A stretch of DNA of 64,000 nucleotides from Escherichia coli (GTDB lineage Bacteria > Pseudomonadota > Gammaproteobacteria > Enterobacterales > Enterobacteriaceae): the NCBI RefSeq assembly GCF_003018235.1, contig NZ_CP027437.1. The stretch is one strand, 5' to 3'. The notes below the pieces were generated by a model that saw only the letters and a program-made list of their open reading frames with translations, had not been told where the DNA came from and searched no databases. The position numbers were made by a program, and so were the translations under genes. Positions 20,491 to 28,589 of the stretch are shown here, piece by piece. The stretch's first letter is position 1, and the number at the start of each line of letters is the position of its first letter.

Positions 20491-21071
20491 GCGTTAGTTT
20501 CTCCACAGACACAAAACGCCACGACGCCCGGAGCTGCACACTCGCGGGCGTCACTACTTTCTGAAACGCAAAAGATTTTGTAGACCAGTGCTGCATGCTC
20601 CTGGAGCTTCGAAATTGACAGATACAACTCATCATTAATTGCTGTCTGCTCGTGTGGCTCCACTACCCCATCTTCGATTGCCGAACGAATCTGCTTTGAG
20701 TAACTCCCGATCTGTTCGATGACTTCCAGCAGGCGCTGGTTTATATCGGCGTTCTCTACTTCCTCAATTTCAGGAAGCGATACAAACACCCCACCTGCAG
20801 ACTGTGCGACAGCATCCGCAATGTAGTGAGTGCCAGCCGCGCGCTGTAAAATCATTGCCCATCCCAGCGGGAAAATCTGATCGCCATCTGCACGAAGGCG
20901 GTTGAATAAAGCGTTCTCTGTTACATCCAGCCACTCAGCAGCTTCAGCGTAACCCCCCGGCAACGCCGCGATAGTTTTTCTGACAGCTTTCACGTACCAC
21001 TCAGGCTGTTTTTCTACTTTCCAGTGATGCTTACCCACGGCTATCTCCTTAAAACTGTGGTTACTTTTCAT
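20487..21071 (-). CDS. cII-type early regulator (phage 186 CP76-like / YdaT position)
   Basis: ATG at 21071. EAAEWLDVTENALFNRLRADGDQIFPLGWAMILQRAAG resembles the phage regulatory CII family. It lies immediately after cro. Confidence 0.5.
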   Translation of the reverse strand: MKSNHSFKEIAVGKHHWKVEKQPEWYVKAVRKTIAALPGGYAEAAEWLDVTENALFNRLRADGDQIFPLGWAMILQRAAGTHYIADAVAQSAGGVFVSLPEIEEVENADINQRLLEVIEQIGSYSKQIRSAIEDGVVEPHEQTAINDELYLSISKLQEHAALVYKIFCVSESSDARECAAPGVVAFCVCGETNA

Positions 21072-21309
21072 CTGATGAGTCTTTAATCTTTTGAAAAATA
21101 TCTGGACGTAATTTTTCTTTTGATACGCCAGTGGTCTTTTCAATGAAAATCGAGAGCTTTGCAGGGGGACGCTTTTCTCTGTTCAACCAGTTCCAGACAT
21201 GTTGTTGCTTTACTAAATGACCGCTGCTGGCTGTGAGCTTCCGAGCCAATTCTGATTGACCACCAGCCAGAGCGATTGCCTCCGATAAGGCTAATTGCTC
21301 AGGTGTCAT
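21061..21309 (-). CDS. Cro-like repressor (YdaS-type HTH)
   Basis: 82 aa with HTH GGQSELARKLTASSGHLVKQQHVWNWL. It is divergent from cI across the operator region. Confidence 0.75.
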   Translation of the reverse strand: MTPEQLALSEAIALAGGQSELARKLTASSGHLVKQQHVWNWLNREKRPPAKLSIFIEKTTGVSKEKLRPDIFQKIKDSSDEK

Positions 21310-21330
21310 AGCTTTCTCCTTTTTCGGTAG

Positions 21331-21415
21331 TTAAGTTGTTACGAGATGCAAGAATACAACATTAACAACTTTTATCACAACTTTTAGGTGTTGGAAAGCT
21401 AAAACATAAAGTTGT
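21331..21415. promoter_or_regulatory. OR operator/promoter region
   Basis: CAAC/GTTG-based repeats. ACAACTTTTAGGTGTTG (21377-21393) and ACATAAAGTTGT (21404-21415) recur almost unchanged in the OL region (23097-23113 and 23057-23068). Confidence 0.65.
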
Positions 21416-21444
21416 AACCTCATCAGAAAAGAGAGGGATATGTT

Positions 21445-22131
21445 GTGAAAACACTGGCAGAACGATTAAAGATAGGTAGAGAGAAAGCTGGCATGAGCCA
21501 AGCTCAACTAGCTGAAAAAATTGGACTTTCACAACAATCTGTAGCCAAAATAGAGAATGGAGAAACTCTACAACCGCGCAAAATTAAAGAAATTGCAAAA
21601 ATTTTAGGTGTATCACAAAAGTGGTTACAACTTGGTATTGAAGACAACGCATCCATACCTGATCTTGTTGTAAAAGAAGCAGAAAGCACCGCATTAGACC
21701 CCGATATTTTCGTAAACATTCCTGTTTTAGATGTCGAGTTATCGGCTGGTAACGGATGTCTGGCTGAAATAGTTGAATCAGCTATTGACTGGTTTCCGTT
21801 AAGAAGAGCAGATTTGAGAAAATCTGGCGTATGTGCATCTAATGCCAAGATCGTAAAAATCTGGGGGAACAGTTTATTACCGGTTCTCAATAATGGAGAT
21901 CTTGTTGCCGTTGATATTTCTCAAACCGTTCCTATTCGTGATGGCGATCTTTATGCCGTACGAGATGGTGTATTGCTAAGGGTTAAAATACTTATCAACT
22001 TACCTGACGGTGGCTTGATTCTTAGAAGCTTCAACAAAGATGAGTACCCAGATGAAATACTCACCTTTGAGGATAGACGAGCCAGAATTCATGTTATAGG
22101 TAGGGTATTCTGGTCATCGCGAACTTGGTAA
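21445..22131 (+). CDS. CI-type prophage repressor (XRE HTH plus S24 LexA-like peptidase)
   Basis: GTG start. HTH MSQAQLAEKIGLSQQSVAKIENGE. The C-terminal autoprotease pattern GNSLLPVLNNGDLVAVD ... LLRVK is present. Confidence 0.85.
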   Translation: MKTLAERLKIGREKAGMSQAQLAEKIGLSQQSVAKIENGETLQPRKIKEIAKILGVSQKWLQLGIEDNASIPDLVVKEAESTALDPDIFVNIPVLDVELSAGNGCLAEIVESAIDWFPLRRADLRKSGVCASNAKIVKIWGNSLLPVLNNGDLVAVDISQTVPIRDGDLYAVRDGVLLRVKILINLPDGGLILRSFNKDEYPDEILTFEDRRARIHVIGRVFWSSRTW

Positions 22132-23004
22132 TGCGTCGAAAAGCATTTCTTCAGAAATAATTTTAAGTTTTGCACCATTATCATCCCGATAAGATATAGC
22201 CTTTTCGATCTTCCTTCCGTGACTTGAGAATTTCCAATCACGGGAGGAAAGCGTCCCTATTACTAAAAAATCCAACTTTTGAGTAATTCCACTACTGATG
22301 TTCCCACCAGCATTTTTAATCAAATTTTCAACTACGGCTCTCTTTCCTGCAACAAAAGTGCCTGTAAGACAATAGGTTTTACCCTCTAACTCTATCGAAG
22401 CCCCTACATCAATAGGCAGCCTGGTCGCCAAACCATCCACCACCCCACTTTCCAAGTCACATCCAGTGAAGTCTACTAATGCCTTATGTAGAGTTAAACT
22501 CTCATCTTCAGTAATAACACCATCTTTAAGAATTTCCTTTACAAGTGCATAAAGGTTTTTTCCTGGGTAGTTGTTCCTCAAAGCTCCATTTTGCTCAAGC
22601 CACCAATTAAGATATCTTATTTCTTCTTGAGTTAAGTTTCGATCAGCAATTAATCATTTACATAGTCCATTAAGTAAATGGACATCTACATCTTTGGAGT
22701 AAAAATCAATTTCAGGGATATCAAGAATTTCTCTCTGTATTTGAAGAAGGCTATTTTTAAGGTCATCACGTTCTTCTGATGTGATTATTCCATCCGCAAG
22801 AATATCCGATACCCGTGCTGATAGACTTTTTATAACTCCATTATTGATAATCTGCTTTGCTTCAAGTAACCATGTATCTAAGTAAAGAACCTCCTCTTCA
22901 CGGACAACTCCATCTGCAATGATTCCATCAATGATGCTAATCAAGTTAGCAAATAACTTGTCCCGGTTCTGTGTGTAATTAAAAGCGTAAAGCGCGTCTT
23001 CCAT
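22114..23004 (-). pseudogene. TerB-like repeat plus BRCT-domain protein, interrupted by one in-frame TGA (22654-22656)
   Basis: ATG at 23004 with AGGAGG upstream. There are four copies of an (I/L)x(A/K)D(G/R)x(I/V/L)xxEE helix motif. The C-terminus GKTYCLTGTFVAGKRAVVENLIKNAGGNISSGITQKLDFLVIG...KLKIISEEMLFDAL follows the LigA-type BRCT pattern. ORFs 22654-23034 and 22114-22581 share one frame. Confidence 0.6.
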
Positions 23005-23056
23005 ACAACCTCCTTTTTTTGATAATCCTTGCACTCCTTGACTACACGTTCAAACT

Positions 23057-23113
23057 ACATAAAGTTGTTGACAACATTCAAAACAACAACCAGATTACAA
23101 CTTAAAGGTGTTG
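23057..23113 (+). promoter_or_regulatory. OL operators and candidate pL promoter
   Basis: Operator repeats shared with OR. TTGACA at 23068-23073, with AGATTA/GATTAC 18-19 nt downstream. Confidence 0.5.
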
Positions 23114-23186
23114 AGATGACGAACAGGCAGGACGCCCACGAAGTAGCCGTCTGGGGCATATGAAGTCCAGGATGATTCGTTAGCAA

Positions 23187-23210
23187 CAAAAAAGCGCCCT
23201 ATAGGACGCT
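23187..23210 (-). terminator. Rho-independent terminator of the DUF1311 gene
   Basis: Minus strand: AGCGTCC-TATA-GGGCGCT followed by TTTTTT, about 30 nt after the stop codon. Confidence 0.6.
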
Positions 23211-23211
23211 T

Positions 23212-23224
23212 CGCTCTTTAACAA
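23212..23224 (+). promoter_or_regulatory. boxA-like element in the pL transcript
   Basis: CGCTCTTTAACAA equals the boxA consensus as I recall it. It lies about 120 nt downstream of the candidate pL. Confidence 0.45.
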
Positions 23225-23237
23225 TCTGGATGACTTA

Positions 23238-23750
23238 TTACTCAGATTTGAACTTTGGTTCTGGCAAAAGAGGAGGAGTTGAGTCCTCGAATCGTAGCCA
23301 GTGCTCCCAGATATCGTGGGATTGTAATTCCAGAAGACCAATTTGACGTGATGCAACTGCAGTGCCAGCTATAGTTCCTCCTGCATAATCAACCTGGACG
23401 GACTTTGACGCTTTCTCAATTAATTCTGTCCAAGCTTCACTTTCCGCGTTAAAAGAAGCAGTTAATTCCTGCAGACGCTGTGGATCATCCTTGTTGTCTT
23501 GTTTCAAACGATTCAGGGCGGCCACCGAATACTTATTCTTAACCCAGCTAACCTGAGCTAACTGAACTCTCTGACAAGCGTCCATATCAGTAGTTGTTTC
23601 CTGAGGCATATCAAAGCAGGAAATAAAAAAAGTCTCAACACCATCATTTAGACTACTGCTCGGCTGGTTCAAAGCATCAGAAGCATTGGATGCTATCGGT
23701 ATTATCAGTGCTACCGACAGAATCAAACGTTTAACATAAATCGCTCCCAT
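23238..23750 (-). CDS. Secreted DUF1311 (LprI-like) protein, moron antisense to the pL transcript
   Basis: A signal peptide (LILSVALIIPIASNASDA), then the C...C...W...Y...Q..W pattern of DUF1311. The gene has its own terminator. Confidence 0.6.
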   Translation of the reverse strand: MGAIYVKRLILSVALIIPIASNASDALNQPSSSLNDGVETFFISCFDMPQETTTDMDACQRVQLAQVSWVKNKYSVAALNRLKQDNKDDPQRLQELTASFNAESEAWTELIEKASKSVQVDYAGGTIAGTAVASRQIGLLELQSHDIWEHWLRFEDSTPPLLPEPKFKSE

Positions 23751-23916
23751 TTAATTATCCCCTCTAAGAACAGAGTCATCCAGATTATCTGAATCCTTGT
23801 TGTTGGGGAATAACCAGGCCCACCTCGCCTGATGTGGCTAAAAGCAGGCACATAACAGCTAAGTATTTTCAACCAGAGAGAATCCTTAGCGTTGTGGTGA
23901 ATGCGGCTCAGCGCAC

Positions 23917-24010
23917 GCGGGCTAAGGTTGAGGCTGACAGTCGACCTTCTGTGGATACCCACCCGCCTGGTGTGCAACCTTCGCCAGGCACCGGGAGGCA
24001 CCCGGCACCA
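23917..24010 (+). ncRNA. GC-rich multi-hairpin RNA module in the pL leader (candidate cis-acting or small RNA)
   Basis: Hand-folded stems. 23924-23948: AAGGTTGA/TCGACCTT. 23951-23962: GTGG/CCAC. These two are closed by GCGG/CCGC at 23917-20/23963-66. 23966-23988: CCTGG/CCAGG. 23991-24005: CCGGG/CCCGG. There is no convincing ORF here. Confidence 0.4.
23989..24010 (+). repeat. 22-nt GC-rich hairpin motif, pL-leader copy
   Basis: CACCGGGAGGCACCCGGCACCA, identical to the minus strand of 13485-13506. Confidence 0.9.
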
Positions 24011-24035
24011 CAACTTTATGCTGTGTATAGTCCTG

Positions 24036-24082
24036 GCGGTACCAGTTTGTACCCTTGCTTCCGGCTGGTACCGCTCTTTTTA
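24036..24082 (+). terminator. Rho-independent terminator in the pL leader
   Basis: GCGGTACCAG ... CTGGTACCGC (10-bp stem, 19-nt loop) followed by TCTTTTT. The 3' arm and tail also read CGCTCTTTTTACAA, which is boxA-like. Confidence 0.55.
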
Positions 24083-24170
24083 CAAAACAGAGAAGAGCAT
24101 CACCGGACGACGGGCTCATAACCCAATCCACCCGGGCGGCTGCCACCGCAGGTGTTCTTCTCTGTTTTGT
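24082..24170 (+). repeat. Perfect 15-bp inverted repeat enclosing 59 nt
   Basis: ACAAAACAGAGAAGA (24082-24096) pairs with TCTTCTCTGTTTTGT (24156-24170). The interior has further CACC/GGTG, CGGG/CCCG and GCGG/CCGC pairings. Confidence 0.85.
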
Positions 24171-24218
24171 GGAGAAACCAACCGACCTTGCAGGGTCGAT
24201 ATGATGAGGAGCAGCAAA

Positions 24219-24581
24219 ATGGCTAGCGAACGCAGTACCAACGTGCAGGAATTTATCGTAGAACTGGACGGCGGCGTATTTGAAACTAAACTCGGCGCAG
24301 TTCTCAGTGAAGTCGCTTCCGGTGTGATGAACACGAAAAACAAAGGTAAAGTCTCGGTCAATCTGGACATCGAACCGTTTGATGAGAACCGTGTAAAAAT
24401 CAAACACAAACTCTCATATGTTCGCCCGACTAACCGCGGGAAAATTTCTGAAGAAGACACCACCGAAACGCCGATGTATGTCAATCGCGGTGGTCGCCTG
24501 ACTATTCTGCAGGAAGACCAGGGACAGTTACTGACTCTTGCCGGTGAACCTGACGGAAAACTCCGTGCAGCAGGTCGTTAA
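24219..24581 (+). CDS. YfdP-like early-left protein
   Basis: MASERSTNVQEFIVELDGGVFETKLGAVLSEV... GAGGAG lies 9 nt upstream. The 120-aa length matches K-12 CPS-53 YfdP as remembered. Confidence 0.6.
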   Translation: MASERSTNVQEFIVELDGGVFETKLGAVLSEVASGVMNTKNKGKVSVNLDIEPFDENRVKIKHKLSYVRPTNRGKISEEDTTETPMYVNRGGRLTILQEDQGQLLTLAGEPDGKLRAAGR

Positions 24582-24646
24582 TATCGTTTTTAATAAACTG
24601 ATTATTTATCTCATCACTGAATATCTTTATATAGTGAGGACTTATT

Positions 24647-25471
24647 ATGTCTCAGAACTTAGACGCAACCGCAATTAATCAAATCCATGCTCTTATTTCT
24701 GCTCAGGGTGTTAATGAAATTATCAGTAAGATTGGTGCCGATGCCGTGGCATTGCCTGAGAATTTCCGCATTCATGATCTGGAAAAATTTAATTTAAATC
24801 GCTTCCGTTTCCGTGGTGCGCTTTCCACTGCCAGCATTGATGATTTTACCCGTTATTCTAAAGATCTTGCAGATGAAGGCACCCGCTGCTTTATCGATGC
24901 CGATAATATGCGAGCCGTCAGTGTGCTTAACCTGGGTACTATTGATGAACCAGGTCACGCAGATAACACCGCCACTCTCAAACTGAAAAAGACAGCACCG
25001 TTCTCTGCCCTGTTGTCTGTTAACGGCGAGCGTAACTCCCAGAAGTCACTGGCAGAATGGATTGAAGACTGGGCCGACTACCTTGTGGGCTTTGATGCTA
25101 ATGGTGACGCCATTCAGGCAACAAAAGCGGCTGCGGCAGTCCGTAAAATAACGATTGAAGCAAACCAGACCGCTGATTTTGAAGATAATGACTTCAGCGG
25201 CAAACGCTCCCTGATGGAATCTGTCGAAGCGAAGACCAAAGACATTATGCCAGTGGCATTTGAATTTAAATGCGTTCCGTTTGAAGGCCTGAAAGAACGT
25301 CCGTTTAAATTACGCCTCAGCATTATCACTGGCGATCGTCCTGTACTGGTTCTGCGCATTATTCAGCTGGAAGCAGTGCAGGAAGAAATGGCTAACGAAT
25401 TTCGTGATCTGCTTGTTGAGAAATTCAAAGACAGCAAAGTAGAAACCTTTATTGGTACTTTTACCGCCTGA
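24647..25471 (+). CDS. YfdQ-like DUF2303 protein
   Basis: A 274-aa ORF, recognised as the YfdQ family from memory. Confidence 0.6.
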   Translation: MSQNLDATAINQIHALISAQGVNEIISKIGADAVALPENFRIHDLEKFNLNRFRFRGALSTASIDDFTRYSKDLADEGTRCFIDADNMRAVSVLNLGTIDEPGHADNTATLKLKKTAPFSALLSVNGERNSQKSLAEWIEDWADYLVGFDANGDAIQATKAAAAVRKITIEANQTADFEDNDFSGKRSLMESVEAKTKDIMPVAFEFKCVPFEGLKERPFKLRLSIITGDRPVLVLRIIQLEAVQEEMANEFRDLLVEKFKDSKVETFIGTFTA

Positions 25472-25598
25472 TTTCCTTACTGCAAATGCCCCTGCGGGGG
25501 CATTTATGGAAACATAATTGACTCAATAATCGCCTGATGGCGAGGGTTTTCTTTAACCAAAATTCTGCGCGGTGCAGCGCATATACGTGGAGAACAAA

Positions 25599-26135
25599 AT
25601 GTCATTTATTAAAACTTTTTCCGGGAAGCATTTTTATTATGACAAGATAAATAAAGACGACATCGTGATTAACGATATCGCGGTTTCCCTTTCAAATATC
25701 TGTCGCTTTGCAGGACATCTTTCACACTTCTACAGTGTCGCCCAGCATGCAGTGCTTTGCAGCCAACTGGTGCCGCAGGAATTTGCTTTTGAAGCGTTAA
25801 TGCATGATGCAACAGAAACGTATTGCCAGGACATCCCCGCACCACTGAAACGACTTCTTCCTGACTATAAACGGATGGAAGAAAAAATAGACGCCGTAAT
25901 CCGTGAGAAATACGGGTTACCTCCTGTTATGAGCACGCCAGTGAAATATGCCGATCTCATTATGCTGGCAACCGAACGCCGCGATCTCGGACTTGATGAT
26001 GGCTCTTTCTGGCCTGTATTGGAAGGTATCCCGGCAACAGAGATGTTCAAAGTTATTCCACTGTCGCCAGGTCATGCCTACGGGATGTTTATGGAACGTT
26101 TTAACGAGTTATCGGAGTTACGCAAATGCGCATGA
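25599..26135 (+). CDS. YfdR-like HD-domain 5'-deoxynucleotidase
   Basis: MSFIKTFSGKHFYYDKINKDDIVINDIAVSLSNICRFAGH...HDATE (HD motif). Confidence 0.7.
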   Translation: MSFIKTFSGKHFYYDKINKDDIVINDIAVSLSNICRFAGHLSHFYSVAQHAVLCSQLVPQEFAFEALMHDATETYCQDIPAPLKRLLPDYKRMEEKIDAVIREKYGLPPVMSTPVKYADLIMLATERRDLGLDDGSFWPVLEGIPATEMFKVIPLSPGHAYGMFMERFNELSELRKCA

Positions 26136-26488
26136 ATGTTTTCGAAATGGAAGGGTTTCTTCGCGGGAAATGTGTACCGCGAGATCTGAAAGTGAACGAA
26201 ACAAATGCTGAGTACCTAGTACGTAAATTCGACGCGCTTGAAGCTAAATGTGCGGCACTGGAAAACAAAATAATACCAGTGTCAGCTGAATTGCCACCTG
26301 CAAATGAAAGTGTTCTGTTATTTGATGCTAACGGAGAAGGCTGGCTGATTGGCTGGCGTTCTCTCTGGTACACCTGGGGACAAAAGGAAACCGGAGAATG
26401 GCAGTGGACATTTCAGGTCGGGGATCTTGAAAACGTCAATATCACTCACTGGGCAGTAATACCAAAGGCACCGGAGGCAGGGGCATAA
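26126..26488 (+). CDS. YfdS-like hypothetical protein
   Basis: A 120-aa ORF overlapping both neighbouring genes, with synteny to CPS-53. Confidence 0.5.
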   Translation: MRMNVFEMEGFLRGKCVPRDLKVNETNAEYLVRKFDALEAKCAALENKIIPVSAELPPANESVLLFDANGEGWLIGWRSLWYTWGQKETGEWQWTFQVGDLENVNITHWAVIPKAPEAGA

Positions 26489-27108
26489 TGACCACATTTA
26501 CCGACAAAGAACTGATTAAAGAAATCAAAGAGCGCATAGGCAGTCTGGATGTGCGAGACAATATTGAGCGCCGTGCTTATGAAATTGCTTTGGTATCGCT
26601 GGAAGCAGAACCGGTGGCATGGCTGCATTCAGACAATGGCTTAGGTATTCCGGCAATAACACGGAGTAAAAACATTGCTGACAGTTGGTTATCAAAGGGC
26701 TGGTATGTTCAGCCGCTATATATAGCCAAGCCAGTGCCGATGGTGCCAGATGTTCGTCCGTCTTTAAATAATGGCATAGTCGGCTTTGATGAAGGCTGGA
26801 ACGCCTGCCGCGCCGCCATGCTTCATGGTGCCGAACCTGTAAGCCAGACTTACAAGTTGAACGAGCTGTCGGGCAACTCTCCGGTAACTCCGGATGGTTG
26901 GATAAGCTGTAGTGAGCGAATGCCGGACGATAAACAGTATGTTTGGTGTTGGGGTAAGTCTTACGGCTGGACTGAGTGCGATACCTTCGAAGGGTATTAC
27001 GATTGGTCGAGAAACAAATGGTGGGCAGTTACTGACGATGGGGAAGAACCGGCATCGAAAGTAACCCACTGGATGCCGCTACCGGAGCCACCGCAGGAGG
27101 TGAAGTAA
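26488..27108 (+). CDS. YfdT-like protein with a C-terminal DUF551
   Basis: GWISCSERMPDDKQYVWCW...THWMPLPEPP is the DUF551 pattern. Confidence 0.55.
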   Translation: MTTFTDKELIKEIKERIGSLDVRDNIERRAYEIALVSLEAEPVAWLHSDNGLGIPAITRSKNIADSWLSKGWYVQPLYIAKPVPMVPDVRPSLNNGIVGFDEGWNACRAAMLHGAEPVSQTYKLNELSGNSPVTPDGWISCSERMPDDKQYVWCWGKSYGWTECDTFEGYYDWSRNKWWAVTDDGEEPASKVTHWMPLPEPPQEVK

Positions 27109-27302
27109 TGAACAACTTAATGACAACTAAACAAGTCGCCGACTTCTGTGGCGTTTCAGTATCGACCGTTCTTCGATGGAACAGCGTAAACAGGAGAACT
27201 GGCCAGAAATACAGGCCTGAGTTTCCAGATCCTGATATTAAATCCTGCCCAAATAAATGGGCATCACACAAGATTTACAGATTTGCGGGAGTGATTGATT
27301 AA
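27108..27302 (+). CDS. AlpA/Xis-type excisionase
   Basis: 64 aa. LMTTKQVADFCGVSVSTVLRWN is the MerR-like HTH seen in AlpA/excisionase proteins. Confidence 0.65.
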   Translation: MNNLMTTKQVADFCGVSVSTVLRWNSVNRRTGQKYRPEFPDPDIKSCPNKWASHKIYRFAGVID

Positions 27303-27584
27303 TATGTATTAGCTTAGATGTGAGCTGACACATCTATGATTAGATGCCAAACCTAATCTGAGCGTCCACTCTTTACCAAGAGCGGACGTTACCAATGACC
27401 ATATGACATGAATCGATAAGATCAAAACATTATCGCCAAGAAATGTCATACCATTGATACAAATAAAATTGATTACCCCCTTACTCTTGTTGAAAAGTTA
27501 GTCGTAGAGTACCTATCGCAATGTAATCAGCTTTAATCATTTGAAAATTACTCCTTAAAAATTAGCTTTTATATACTGAACAAA

Positions 27585-28304
27585 TTAAATCTCTGTTTCT
27601 TTTCCTGTTCGGCTCAACCAATACTCCATTGTTTGAGTATGAATCTTTTCAGCGTATATTTTATCAATTAATTTATCTCGTTTTTCTTTAATGACTTTAC
27701 GCAGTGAATCATATAACATAAAAAAACGTTCATCGTCTTCCTCATTATTACCGTAATTTATTTGATTGAGTTCTGAAAAAATATGATAATACCTTTTTTT
27801 CTTGGTCCCCGGCAATATTAAAACCAAGCCACATTGATCATATTCGAATTCACCTTTATGGGCAGCAAAGTTATGTCTAACATTCATAATAGAATCATGT
27901 AAATCTCTGTATTTTTCTGGCACATGCTTTCTCTGCAATGTGAATCGACGCCCTTTCGCCTCTGTAAAACACTTACCGTAAGTAACAACTTTTGATATAA
28001 ATAAAGACTTTAATATTAGATTCTTTTCTAAATCAGGATAAATAAAGTGTTGTTCTCTATTAATGTTATTACAAATGTTTTTTATTATATTCTCCCAACC
28101 AATAACATTCCGAAGATCTTTATCCAGCAACTGTAAGGCCACATATTGTTCTACAAAGCGGCCTTTTAAAGGTATTCGTGGTAATATTACACCTTTCTGC
28201 TTATAAACTCTTTCTATCGTATTATCTGGATATTGGATCTTCCTTATTTCTATTCCGTCTTCTTCTGATACCCTTACTAATGGTTCATTTTTTAACTTTG
28301 ACAT
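27585..28304 (-). CDS. Orphan AT-rich 239-aa protein with an Rx5H motif (possible HEPN-like Abi)
   Basis: A long ORF in a visibly AT-rich block, flanked by about 280 bp of non-coding DNA on each side, between xis and int. Motif VRHNFAAHKG (R143..H149). Confidence 0.6.
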   Translation of the reverse strand: MSKLKNEPLVRVSEEDGIEIRKIQYPDNTIERVYKQKGVILPRIPLKGRFVEQYVALQLLDKDLRNVIGWENIIKNICNNINREQHFIYPDLEKNLILKSLFISKVVTYGKCFTEAKGRRFTLQRKHVPEKYRDLHDSIMNVRHNFAAHKGEFEYDQCGLVLILPGTKKKRYYHIFSELNQINYGNNEEDDERFFMLYDSLRKVIKEKRDKLIDKIYAEKIHTQTMEYWLSRTGKETEI

Positions 28305-28589
28305 GTTAACCCTCTTAAATAAAAAACTAACTTTATCCAGATAGTGTCCGTTAAGAAGTTTTCGTTACAACTAAGTTTCTAGGTAAATCATGAATCATCC
28401 TATAGTATCAAAAACATTTGGTGGTAAACATCTGCATTTATCAAATAGCAGGAGCGATTTAGGGGCATAGGGATAGTGATGATATCTATACCCGCCCCCT
28501 CTTATGTCAACACAATGGAGTAAACTTAACGCTCACATTTCGCTCAAAGTGTGCTAGGAGATTTGGTTATGTTCAGGTGATACAAACCG

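Noticed and set aside
23834-24121. 95-aa plus-strand ORF starting MAKSRHITAKY, considered as a possible N-like antiterminator because AKSR faintly recalls the phage 21 N arginine-rich motif
   Set aside because: It has a GTG start with no Shine-Dalgarno. The rest is Pro/Gly-rich and runs straight through the hairpins and the terminator. The resemblance is limited to 4 residues.
24082-24170. Retron msr-msd interpretation of the 15-bp inverted repeat
   Set aside because: No reverse transcriptase gene is adjacent. The only RT in the window belongs to the group II intron 11 kb away on the other strand. The flanking genes are ordinary CPS-53-like early genes.
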